Source: Bacteroidota bacterium (GTDB lineage: Bacteria; Bacteroidota; Bacteroidia; UKL13-3). From it: a stretch of 64,000 nt of DNA. Positions 50,396 through 60,400 of the stretch are shown one piece after another. The stretch spans positions 18,965 to 82,964 of the forward strand of contig JAUXUD010000014.1 of assembly GCA_030680835.1 (NCBI GenBank), written 5' to 3'. Within the stretch, counting starts at the first letter, position 1. Each line of letters opens with the position of its first letter. Under the pieces are notes generated by a model. The model was not told the origin of the DNA and did no database searches. It worked only from the letters and a program-made list of their open reading frames with translations. Made by a program: the position numbers and the translations under genes.

Positions 50396-50510
50396 GTTCA
50401 CGCACCCTTCGACAGGCTCAGGGTGACAAAAAGATTAAAGCAGATTATCGGAGATTAATTTCTGCGATAATCTGCTTTAATCTGCGACATCTGCGTGAGT
50501 GTGAAAAATT
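50396..50510. repeat. composite repeat: GTTCACGCA, then a solo MITE TIR (CCTTCGACAGGCTCAGGGTGACA), then ATCTGCG palindromic repeats
   Basis: Read directly. Confidence 0.8.
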
Positions 50511-50524
50511 AAAACCCAATCACA

Positions 50525-51049
50525 ATGCAAAAGCCATTAAGCTTTTTTTTAATCTTTGCAGCAAGTTATATTCTATTGAACCTGCTGTACCAGGCTTTGC
50601 TTTATTACTATACTCCCCTGCCCGATTTGTTTACGGTTGCTGTTACACGAGTTACTTTAACGTTATTACCCAACTTAAGCTATCAAACACTTTCTCATGC
50701 GACCGGACTGCAAATAATATCTGCCACACATGCAATTGTTAATATTAAAGAAGGATGCAATGGGATAGCGGTTTGGATTGCTTTGTTGAGTTTTATTATT
50801 GCTTTTAAATCCGGGAGTTTTAAAGCATATCTTATTTTTATTCCTGTTTCATTTATTATTATTCAGGTATGTAATGTTTTGAGGTTATATTTATTGATTC
50901 AGATTAAAATGAACCGGGTTTATTATTTTGATTTTTTTCATACCTATATTTTCCCGGCAATTATTTATTTATTTGCTTTTTTGTTGATGGTGGTTTGGGT
51001 TATGAGATTTGTTAAAGTGATACCTGTTCACGCAGATTATAAAGATTAA
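50525..51049 (+). CDS. exosortase-family membrane protein, XrtF-like
   Basis: 174 aa, polytopic. KEGCNGI (candidate active-site Cys) and CNVLRLY (conserved Arg) resemble exosortase motifs. The C-terminus runs into the REP-like element. Confidence 0.45.
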   Translation: MQKPLSFFLIFAASYILLNLLYQALLYYYTPLPDLFTVAVTRVTLTLLPNLSYQTLSHATGLQIISATHAIVNIKEGCNGIAVWIALLSFIIAFKSGSFKAYLIFIPVSFIIIQVCNVLRLYLLIQIKMNRVYYFDFFHTYIFPAIIYLFAFLLMVVWVMRFVKVIPVHADYKD

Positions 51050-51122
51050 AGCTGATTTGGGAGATGCGAATCTGCGAAATCTGCGTGAAAGGAAAAAACG
51101 CTCAAACCAAACAGCATTATCA

Positions 51123-51515
51123 ATGAAAACCAAAATTATAATAACCTTTTCGATCCTCCTCATCATCCTTAATTTCTCGCTTCAAACTTTTGATATATAT
51201 ACTTTCTCCTTCAATAAATGTGGCTTTTATTTGTTTGATTCTTCCTGTATGGATCGGGCTACATTTATCACTAATAAACTCATCCGGTTTATTGTAAACA
51301 GCTCCTGTTTACTGTTATTGGTTCATGGCTTTACGAAGCGCTCCGGAAACCAATTTTTATTTCTCCTTTTTGTTTTGATTTTTCTTTTGGGTATTGACTT
51401 GTTTTTTGCAATGCATGGTGGTGAATTTTTTGTTCAGTTGCATAAAATTCTTAACCCTATTGTTTACAGTCCATTAGTAACGATAGCCTATATCGGCTCA
51501 CGGTTTTTTAGATAA
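51123..51515 (+). CDS. small membrane protein, candidate exosortase-F-associated partner
   Basis: Hydrophobic 130-aa ORF immediately after the XrtF-like gene. The track start at 51057 reads through the repeat, so the ATG at 51123 is preferred. Confidence 0.35.
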   Translation: MKTKIIITFSILLIILNFSLQTFDIYTFSFNKCGFYLFDSSCMDRATFITNKLIRFIVNSSCLLLLVHGFTKRSGNQFLFLLFVLIFLLGIDLFFAMHGGEFFVQLHKILNPIVYSPLVTIAYIGSRFFR

Positions 51516-51730
51516 CATTCATCCATTTATTAATTAAATTACGCCCTTTCAGGGCTTAGGAATTTGTGGGCTTCATTGAACGATGGGCTTCACCCATCGC
51601 TATTGATGGCGGCCTTTCAGGCCTGGGATTATTCGCTTAAATTTTTATATTTTTTAATGATAATTTTGTGGGAAGGTGGGAAGGGCAAAATGCAATTTGC
51701 CCGTACCAGTGATTTTATATAGATTTGTTT

Positions 51731-53449
51731 ATGTTGTTTTTGATTGCTTATTTTATTTTTGTTTTTGTTTTGCTGTTTGTTTATGGGGTGCTGCCATTTG
51801 TTTTTTTGAAACAGGTTCCGCCGCGAAATCCGTTTGTGGGTTTTGTTCTTGGGTTTGCAGTGCTGGGGTTTATGAGCATTTTGTTTTGGGTGGGTGGGCC
51901 TGTTAATTTTCTTTGTTTTTGGGTTACGGTTTTGGGGGCTGTTGTTGCACTATGGATGAACCGGGAATATTATTTATTGGCGTTTACGCAATTAATTAAT
52001 TGGGTCAGACAACAAGCCCTTTTTGAAAAGGCATTGATTGGATTGTTGTTAATTGTGATTCTCTACCAAAGTGCGCAAGCACCAAAAATTAATGATATGG
52101 GCATGTATTATTTACAAACCATGCAATGGATGCACAGTTATGGTTTGGTTCATGGGCTTGCTAACCTGCATCCTGCATTGGGATTGGGTTCAGCCTGGCA
52201 TAGCCTTGTGGTTTTATTGGATCCGTTTTCAATTGGATTGGGGCATTTTTGGCAATTAAATGGGGTGTTGCTGTATGTGTTTATTTTGTTTTGTTGGTTT
52301 GAAATTAAACAATATGCTTCTGTTTATTTATGGATTGTATTTATTATTTCTATTCCTGTTTCGTTTATGTATCTTACGGCTCCGAGTCCGGATTTGCCTG
52401 TTTTATTATTGAGTGGGATTTTGTTTTATACTGTTTGGTTTCTTACTGATAAAATACATTGGTTTACACTACTGCTTTTATGTGTATTTATATTTGCCTG
52501 CAAGCCTCCGGCTTTTTTGGCGGTGTTGATGGCTTTTGTAGTTTTTATTAGCATCGTTAAATCAGCAAAAAAAAGAATACTTTTTATTTTTTTTGGATTG
52601 CTTTTGTGTTCATTAGTTTTATATAAAAATTATATTTTATCGGGCTATTTGTTGTACCCTTATAGTAAGCCGGATATTATGGATGTAAGCTGGAAGGTGC
52701 CTGCAGATTGGAATGCAGCCTACACTAAGGGTATTGTTAGTTGGGGATTAAGGGACAAATGGGACTTGGGGGACAAGGGGGACTTATGGGGGAATTATGG
52801 GGGAAATACCAGGTTATGGGTTTGGTTGACACGATTGGGGTATAAGGGGTTTATGAATAAGCTGATTTTTTTGAATTTTTTGTTGGGGCTTGTGAATTTA
52901 TTTTTGGGACTTAAAGCTAAGAAAATATTTTCGAAAGATTATTTGGTTTTGATTGCTATTCTGTTTATTCAAATCATTGAATGGTTGATGTTGAGTCAGT
53001 ATCGGTTGATGTTGCCAGGCAGTTTGGTTTTAGTTGGATTTAATTTTTATTTAATTGTAAATTCATTTAAAATTGAAAATTCATGGCTAACACGATTTAA
53101 TTTATCATTTAAACCTTTGGTTGTTTATGCCCTTATGATGTTTTACGGGCTTGCATTAATTCCTTTTAGTGTATTCTCTAAAGGATCGAGGAACAAAACG
53201 ATTACCCGATTGGACGGGTTTAATAGCAATTATTTGATTGAACCATACAAGGGATTTGTTAATGAAAAAATGGATAGTATAATTGTTGATTCTATGAATA
53301 TTTATTATTATCCCAATCAAACTTATTGCTGGGATTGTGCGATTCCTTGTGTGAGTAATTCACATAGGAAATTTCTGTTTAATAATTTTGAATATACTGT
53401 GAAGCCTTTGGGTACAAGGGTTTCGGAGGGATTTATGTTGATTAAATAG
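51731..53449 (+). CDS. large polytopic membrane protein of unknown function (N-terminal ~400 aa hydrophobic, C-terminal soluble region)
   Basis: Continuous 570-aa ORF. The smaller overlapping + ORFs (51676..51906, 52071..52259) are rejected. Confidence 0.45.
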   Translation: MLFLIAYFIFVFVLLFVYGVLPFVFLKQVPPRNPFVGFVLGFAVLGFMSILFWVGGPVNFLCFWVTVLGAVVALWMNREYYLLAFTQLINWVRQQALFEKALIGLLLIVILYQSAQAPKINDMGMYYLQTMQWMHSYGLVHGLANLHPALGLGSAWHSLVVLLDPFSIGLGHFWQLNGVLLYVFILFCWFEIKQYASVYLWIVFIISIPVSFMYLTAPSPDLPVLLLSGILFYTVWFLTDKIHWFTLLLLCVFIFACKPPAFLAVLMAFVVFISIVKSAKKRILFIFFGLLLCSLVLYKNYILSGYLLYPYSKPDIMDVSWKVPADWNAAYTKGIVSWGLRDKWDLGDKGDLWGNYGGNTRLWVWLTRLGYKGFMNKLIFLNFLLGLVNLFLGLKAKKIFSKDYLVLIAILFIQIIEWLMLSQYRLMLPGSLVLVGFNFYLIVNSFKIENSWLTRFNLSFKPLVVYALMMFYGLALIPFSVFSKGSRNKTITRLDGFNSNYLIEPYKGFVNEKMDSIIVDSMNIYYYPNQTYCWDCAIPCVSNSHRKFLFNNFEYTVKPLGTRVSEGFMLIK

Positions 53450-53450
53450 T

Positions 53451-53602
53451 ATCCTTCGACAGGCTCAGGATGACAAGCCTTCTTGTTATATTTGGCAGTG
53501 ATTTTTGGTGGGATAAATTTTTTGCAAAGCAAAAAATTTATCCCACCAAAAATCACTGCTCTTAATTAATTGCGTATTGTCATCCTGAGCTTGCCGAAGG
53601 AT
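53451..53602. mobile_element. MITE-like non-autonomous palindromic element
   Basis: Terminal inverted repeats ATCCTTCGACAGGCTCAGGATGACAA (53451-53476) and TTGTCATCCTGAGCTTGCCGAAGGAT (53577-53602). They enclose a perfect internal palindrome, gcagtgatttttggtgggataaatttttt-gcaaagc-aaaaaatttatcccaccaaaaatcactgc. Confidence 0.6.
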
Positions 53603-53710
53603 CTTCCAACTGTGTTGCTAAGGCTATCCGCGTTTCCAAAATCTCAAAAATTTTAAAGATAAACCTTGCATTTATGTTAAAATTAATATATTTGTAGGTC
53701 TTCAACCATT

Positions 53711-55681
53711 ATGAAACTCCTTAGATTACTCTTTCTGAAATCGAACCAGATACCTCGCTGGTTTATATTCCTGTTTGATTTGGGACTGTGTTCGGTTGCC
53801 TATTTGCTAGCGGTATTTACGCGCTATGTACTGGATTTTAATTCCAATCTTTTTTATAGTGCCATATCTGCTATTCCTGTATTATTGCTGGTAAAGGGCA
53901 TCACCATCAGCTATTTCAGATTACAGGCTTTTGTTATACGTTATACAAGTGTACAAGATGGGGTGCGGATTTTTTATGCCATGGGTGCTGCTGTTTTAAT
54001 CCTGTTTGGGATTGATTCGTTACATACATATTTCCCGATTGGTCAGAACCATCTTTTTCCGATTTCAATACTTTTGATTGACTTTGTTTTATCGGTATTT
54101 TTACTGGCTGCGTTTCGGGTATTTGTTAAACTGATGTATATCCGCATAAATATGTCGACTACGGAAAAGAAGACTTTTTATGCCATATACGGAGCAGGTG
54201 CTGCGGGATTAACCACCAAAAGAAAACTGGAGCAGGAAAGCAAAAACGGGATTAAGGTAATTGCTTTTTTTGATGATAATATTAACCAGCACCATAAAAT
54301 ATTAGAAGGCATCACCATTTATAATGGCTCTTCGGAGATGGAGGATGTGATTAAAAAGCATCATGTTGAACAGTTGATTATTGCCATCCCGAGTATTTCG
54401 AAAGCGCGCAAACAGGATATTATTGAAAGGTGCCTGGCCATGAATGTTGCAGTAAGAAACGTTCCTCCTGTTGAGAAATGGATTAACGGAGAATTGAGTT
54501 TTAACCAGATAAAAAATGTAAAAATTGAAGATTTAATTGAACGCGATGTAATTTCCCTGGATAAAGAAATGATTGGCGAGCAGGTAAATGGAAGGGTTAT
54601 AATGGTTACGGGAGCGGGTGGTTCTATAGGATCAGAAATGGTACGGCAACTCCTGAAATTTAAACCCAAGAAATTATTGTGTGTTGACAAATCGGAGATT
54701 AACCTATACCAATTGGATAGTTATATAAGTGAAAACCATCCCAATGAACTGAATACATTTGTTGAAATATTGGTTGGGGATATAACCAATGAGCCCAGGA
54801 TGCGCCTGATTTTTGAAAAGTACAAACCTGAAATCATATACCATGCGGCTGCGTACAAACATGTGCCTTTAATGGAAGAAAATCCAGGGGAAGCAGTTTG
54901 GGTGAATATTAAAGGTACCAAAACTATTGCTGATTTATCGGTACGTTTTAAAACGGAACGTTTTGTTATGGTGAGTACGGATAAGGCTGTGAATCCTACC
55001 AATGTAATGGGTGCCAGTAAACGCATAGCGGAAATATACGTTCAGTCGCTTTCTAATTATCATTTAAAAAACAATACCGGCAAAACCAAGTTTATCACTA
55101 CCCGTTTTGGAAATGTGCTGGGTTCAAGCGGCTCAGTAATCCCCCGGTTCAGAAAACAAATTGAAGAAGGGGGTCCAATTACGGTTACCCACCCCGATAT
55201 TACCCGTTATTTTATGACCATACCTGAAGCCTGCCAACTGGTATTGGAGGCCGGTAAAATGGGCAGAGGGGGCGAAATCTACATATTCGATATGGGCAAA
55301 TCGACCCGGATTGTTGATCTGGCTCGTAAAATGGTAAAACTATCGGGACTTACTCTGGGCAAGGATATTCAAATAGTATACACCGGTTTACGCCCGGGTG
55401 AAAAGATATACGAAGAACTGCTGAACGACGAAGAAAATTCGTTACCTACGCATCATGACAAGATTATGATTGGTAAAGTACGTTCCTATGATTTTGAGGA
55501 CATAAAAAAATGTATTGGTGAACTGATAGAGGCCTATTCAACCCAGGATGGCATGCTGATGGTAGCGAAAATGAAAAAGATTGTACCTGAATTTAAAAGT
55601 AAGAATTCTATATTCGAGAGTCTTGATAATGATGTACAGCTGCCGGATAGCTCGGATTTGGAGCGGATGCTGCTGTCGTAA
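53711..55681 (+). CDS. membrane-anchored UDP-GlcNAc 4,6-dehydratase (PglF/CapD/WbpM family polysaccharide biosynthesis protein)
   Basis: Four N-terminal TM helices. IMVTGAGGSIGSEMVRQL. 656 aa. Confidence 0.85.
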   Translation: MKLLRLLFLKSNQIPRWFIFLFDLGLCSVAYLLAVFTRYVLDFNSNLFYSAISAIPVLLLVKGITISYFRLQAFVIRYTSVQDGVRIFYAMGAAVLILFGIDSLHTYFPIGQNHLFPISILLIDFVLSVFLLAAFRVFVKLMYIRINMSTTEKKTFYAIYGAGAAGLTTKRKLEQESKNGIKVIAFFDDNINQHHKILEGITIYNGSSEMEDVIKKHHVEQLIIAIPSISKARKQDIIERCLAMNVAVRNVPPVEKWINGELSFNQIKNVKIEDLIERDVISLDKEMIGEQVNGRVIMVTGAGGSIGSEMVRQLLKFKPKKLLCVDKSEINLYQLDSYISENHPNELNTFVEILVGDITNEPRMRLIFEKYKPEIIYHAAAYKHVPLMEENPGEAVWVNIKGTKTIADLSVRFKTERFVMVSTDKAVNPTNVMGASKRIAEIYVQSLSNYHLKNNTGKTKFITTRFGNVLGSSGSVIPRFRKQIEEGGPITVTHPDITRYFMTIPEACQLVLEAGKMGRGGEIYIFDMGKSTRIVDLARKMVKLSGLTLGKDIQIVYTGLRPGEKIYEELLNDEENSLPTHHDKIMIGKVRSYDFEDIKKCIGELIEAYSTQDGMLMVAKMKKIVPEFKSKNSIFESLDNDVQLPDSSDLERMLLS

Positions 55682-56093
55682 GGGAAATGGGACCCTTCGA
55701 CAAGATCAGGATGATATGGGAAATGGGCAGGGTTCAATTTTGATATCAATTAAAATGGGCACGCGCGAGGCTTGCCCCTACGGGATTTTTATTGTGAATA
55801 AATTCGCTATATGAATTTATTATGCCATTACATTATTAATAATCAAATCCTTTTAATTAGATTTATTCTAAATAGTATTTTTTTTTCACATGCTATGCAG
55901 TGAAGATGGTGTGTGCTTATATTCGCGGCACATTAGTAAAAAGCAATAGAGTCTGTCTATAATGTCCTCTGGCTGCGTTATGCTCGTCCCCAAAAATGCT
56001 CATGTACACGAGCACACTGCGCTTTTTGGAAACTCGCATGCCTTGCCAGAGAACATTCTATCCCAGACTCTATACTAATGGACTGACACAAAT

Positions 56094-56101
56094 TAGTTTT
56101 G
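56094..56101 (+). promoter_or_regulatory. candidate Bacteroidetes sigmaA -7 element (TAnnTTTG) upstream of actA
   Basis: tagttttg lies 42 nt upstream of the actA ATG. This is a motif match only. Confidence 0.25.
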
Positions 56102-56142
56102 CAAATCCTTAATAATTAAAGACATAATCATCCTAAAAATAA

Positions 56143-57417
56143 ATGAAGCTTAATAGACTACTTATCTTAGCCGTTTCATTCCTTATCACAATCAACCTGG
56201 CGAAAGCCGATGTTGCGGAGGGAGAAAAACTATTCAAGGCCAATTGTACTTCGTGCCATGCAATTCACGACAAAATTGTTGGGCCGGCTTTAAAAGATGT
56301 GCATAAACGTAGGGATGCCAAATGGTTGATTAAATGGATTAAAAATTCACCGGCAATGGTACAATCGGGTGATGCTACGGCGGTTCAATTGTTTAAGGAC
56401 AATAATAGCATGCCGATGCTTGCATTTGAGAACCTGAGTGATGCGCAAATTGCATCGATGGTAGAATACATTAAGCAGGAAAGTGAAAAACCTCCGGTTG
56501 CAGCCGTTGCTGCAGTTACTACCGGCGGAAATAAAAGCGGTGGCAATGGACTTTATAGCAATACCACTTTTATTGCATTAAGTGTAATGGCACTGGTTTT
56601 ATTAGTGATTGTTTTCATTTTATTCAGAATTAAAAAAGTTGTTGAAGAATTATACAAACAAAAATTTCCGGAAGCTGCGGCTGCTGAAAAGGCTGTTACC
56701 CTAAGCTGGAAAACGAACCGCTCCGATTTCCGTTATAAATTATTTAAAAAACATCCGGTAGTGGGTACCTTGTTTGTGATGTTAACCTTCACCCTGATAT
56801 TTGGTTTATATGGTTTTGATTATGGCAATAAAGTAATTGGGGTTCAAAAAGGATATGCCCCCGCGCAACCGATTAATTATTCGCATCAGTTGCATGCAGG
56901 TACGTACAAAATAAATTGTTTGTATTGCCATAGCGGTGCTGATAAAGGCAAACAGGCCTCTATCCCTTCTGCAGGTACTTGTATGAACTGCCATATGCAT
57001 GTTACTGCCAGTGCAAAATACAATGGAAACATTTCTCCGGAGATACAAAAAATTTATAATGCAGTGGGCTGGGATGCAGTTAAACGTACTTATGATCCTG
57101 CATTACCCAAGACTCCTATCAAATGGGTGCGGATTCACAATTTACCGGATCATGCCTATTTTAATCATGCACAGCATGTAAAAATTGGAAAGGTAGAATG
57201 CCAGGCTTGTCATGGTCCGATTGAAACCATGGCTGTTGTTTCGCAGCAACGCAGTTTGCAAATGGGATGGTGCATTAACTGTCACCGTGATGCCAAAGTG
57301 GATGTTGCCAATAATGACTACTATGAAAAATTACATGCCGGTTTAAAAATTGATGGCAAAGAATTTATAACAGTAGCTCAAAACGGTGGTTTGGAATGTG
57401 GTAAATGCCACTACTAA
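56143..57417 (+). CDS. actA: alternative complex III subunit ActA (multihaem cytochrome c)
   Basis: Six CxxCH motifs (CTSCH, CLYCH, CMNCH, CQACH, CINCH, CGKCH). An N-terminal signal/anchor is present. Confidence 0.85.
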   Translation: MKLNRLLILAVSFLITINLAKADVAEGEKLFKANCTSCHAIHDKIVGPALKDVHKRRDAKWLIKWIKNSPAMVQSGDATAVQLFKDNNSMPMLAFENLSDAQIASMVEYIKQESEKPPVAAVAAVTTGGNKSGGNGLYSNTTFIALSVMALVLLVIVFILFRIKKVVEELYKQKFPEAAAAEKAVTLSWKTNRSDFRYKLFKKHPVVGTLFVMLTFTLIFGLYGFDYGNKVIGVQKGYAPAQPINYSHQLHAGTYKINCLYCHSGADKGKQASIPSAGTCMNCHMHVTASAKYNGNISPEIQKIYNAVGWDAVKRTYDPALPKTPIKWVRIHNLPDHAYFNHAQHVKIGKVECQACHGPIETMAVVSQQRSLQMGWCINCHRDAKVDVANNDYYEKLHAGLKIDGKEFITVAQNGGLECGKCHY

Positions 57418-57476
57418 ATTTCTGAACCCAGAACGAATGTTTGTTTCAACAACAATTAACAGGAAAAAAATTATCA

Positions 57477-60400
57477 ATGGAAAATAAAAATCAATATTGG
57501 AGAGGCTTAGAGGAATTAAACAATGATCCCAAATTTTTAGCGGGAAAGAAACGTGAATTTGCAGAAGGCATACCCCTGGAAGATGTGTTTACTGAAGAAG
57601 ATGGTGGGCTGAACTCGAACCGCAGAGATTTTTTGAAATATTTCGGTTTTGGAATTTCTGCAGTTGCATTGGCAGCCTGTAATAAAACTCCCATTAAAAA
57701 TGCAATCCCCTATATTATAAAACCCGAAAATATTACTCCGGGTACCCCCAACTGGTATGCATCCACCTGCAATGCATGTGCTGCCAATTGCAGTATATTG
57801 GTTAAAACCCGTGAAGGCCGTCCGATTAAAATTGAAGGCAATGCGGAGTCGCCGGTTTTTAAAGGAGCAACCTGCGGCATGGGCCAGGCAAGCCTTTTGG
57901 GCTTATATGATAATGAGCGTTTACGCAAACCCAAAGCAAAAGGGAATGATGTGAGCTGGGAAACATTGGATGCTGAAATAAAAACGGCTTTGGCCGGATC
58001 AAAAAATATCAGGTTAATTAGTGGTACGGTAAACAGTCCCTCTACCAAAAAAGCCATAGCTGAATTCACAGCAAAATATCCTTCCACACAACATATTCAA
58101 TACGAAGCAAACTCGATGGGTGCGCTTGCGGAAGCAACCAAACGTGCATTTGGTAAAGCAGTAGTTCCCGGATATCGTTTTGATAAAGCAAATGTAATTG
58201 TAAGTTTTGGGGCAGACTTTTTAGGTACCTGGATTTCGCCGGTAGAATATACCAAACAATGGACGGTTAACCGGAGACCGGAAAACAAAAACATGAGCCG
58301 CCATATTCAATTGGAATCGTATCTTTCGTTAAGCGGTTCGAATGCCGATGTGCGTTATCCGATAAAACCGTCGGCTGAAGGTGCATATATTATCAGCTTA
58401 TATAACCGCATTGCTTCTTTAGCAGGTGCTCCCCAATTGGGCACCATGCCTGCCGTTGAATTGCCTTTAGATGGAATTACTACCATGGCCAAAGAATTAT
58501 GGGCAGCCAAAGGCCAGTCATTAGTAGTTTGTGGTTCCAATAATATTGATCATCAGTTATTGGTTCATGCCATTAATAATATGCTTGGAAATATTGGCAA
58601 TACAGTTGATTTAAACAACTACAGCAACCAGCATTATAGCGATGATGCTGCCTTTGAAACATTCGCAAAAGAACTGGAAAGCGGTGTTGTAGATGCAGTT
58701 ATTTTTTATAATACCAATCCGGTTTACAGTTATTATAACGGAGCCAAACTGGCTGCTTCCATAAAGAAAGCCAAGGTAAGTATTGCCAGCAATACAAACC
58801 TGGATGAAACTTCAGAGAATTGCCAGTACAATGCACCTGATCATCATTTTCTGGAAGCATGGAATGACAATGAACCTAAGGCAGGGTATTTCACATTTAC
58901 ACAACCCAGCATTTCAAATGTTTTTCAAACCAGGCAGATGCAGGAAAGTTTATTGAACTGGGCCGGAAATACAAGTAACTATTACGACTATTTAAAAAAC
59001 AACTGGGCATCACGCTTAAGTGGTGAAACTTGGGTGAAGGCCATTCATGATGGTTTTTACATACAGCCTGTTGCCGCTTCAAACACCAGCTTTAACGCAG
59101 ATTTAAATGCTGCTGTGAGTCCGGCTTACTCGGTTTATACCACAGCGAAAACAAAATTAGAGCTTAAGTTATATTCTAAAATAGGCGTTCGTGATGGTTC
59201 AAACGGACATAACCCCTGGTTGCAGGAATTGCCTGATCCGATTAGTAAAGTATGCTGGGATAATTATGCATGCATAGGAAATGCAACAGCAAAAGAACTG
59301 AATATAAAAGATGGTGACCTGATTAATATTAATTTAAAAGGTTCAAAAATTGAAGCAGTACCGGTTTTGGTTCAACCCGGACAACCCAATAATGTGATAG
59401 CCCTGGCAATTGGTTACGGACGCACCAGCGGCGGAAAAGCAGGTAAGAATGTAGGTAAGAATGCATATCCTGCAAGCAGCTTTATGAATTCTTTTTCTTT
59501 TATTAATACGGATATTACTATTGAAAAAGCAGATGGTGAATATGAACTGGCACATACCCAAACTCACCATACCATTGAAGGAAGAAATCTGATTAAAGAA
59601 ACTTCATTGAATGAGTATAATAAAGATAACAAATCGGATAACCAGGATACCCATAAAGTAATTAAAGAGCAAGGCAATTTGATTACACTTTGGGATGAAC
59701 GCGACCATAAAGGTCATCGTTGGGCTATGGCCGTTGACATGAACAAATGCACAGGTTGCGGCTCATGTGTGGTGAGCTGTAATGCCGAAAATAATGTTCC
59801 TGTTGTAGGTAGAAAAGAAGTATTGGTAAGCAGGGAAATGCACTGGATTCGTATTGACCGCTACTATCGTTTTAGTAATGCTACCGATAATAAAATTACA
59901 AAGGAAGACGATTACAATAAAGAAAATTCGGGCATTAATTTCGAGAATGTAAGTGTTACGTTTCAACCGATGTTATGTCAGCAATGCGGACATGCACCTT
60001 GCGAAACGGTGTGCCCGGTAATTGCAACTGTACATAGCAGTGAAGGTTTGAACCATATGGCGTATAACCGTTGTGTGGGAACCCGCTATTGTGCGAATAA
60101 CTGTCCGTATAAAGTACGCAGGTTTAACTGGTTTAAATACCGTGCCAACGATCAGTTTGATTTTAACTTCAACAACGATTTGGGACGTATGGTTATTAAT
60201 CCGGATGTTACGGTTCGGTCGCGCGGGGTAATGGAAAAATGTTCATTCTGTGTACAAAGAATACAGGCAGGTAAATTAATGGCCAAAATGGAAAACAGAA
60301 TTGTAAAAGATGGAGATATAAAAACAGCCTGTCAGCAATCATGCCCTGCCGATGCGATTATTTTTGGAGATATCAATGATGAGAAAAGTGAGGTAAGAAA

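Noticed and set aside
51543-51622. Short stem-loops GCCCTTTCAGGGC, GATGGGCTTCACCCATC and GGCCTTTCAGGCC after the XrtF-associated ORF, considered as rho-independent terminators
   Set aside because: The stems are only 4-6 bp and lack a following U-tract, so the evidence for termination is insufficient. They may be weak structural elements or repeat remnants.
51676-52259. ORFs 51676..51906 (76 aa) and 52071..52259 (62 aa)
   Set aside because: They are out-of-frame overlaps with the 570-aa membrane protein ORF. They are Cys/Trp/Gly-rich translations of T/G-rich DNA with no support.
55581-55814. 77-aa ORF at the end of the PglF-like gene
   Set aside because: It overlaps the CapD C-terminus and runs through the solo MITE TIR (translating RQDQDD), so it is a repeat artefact.
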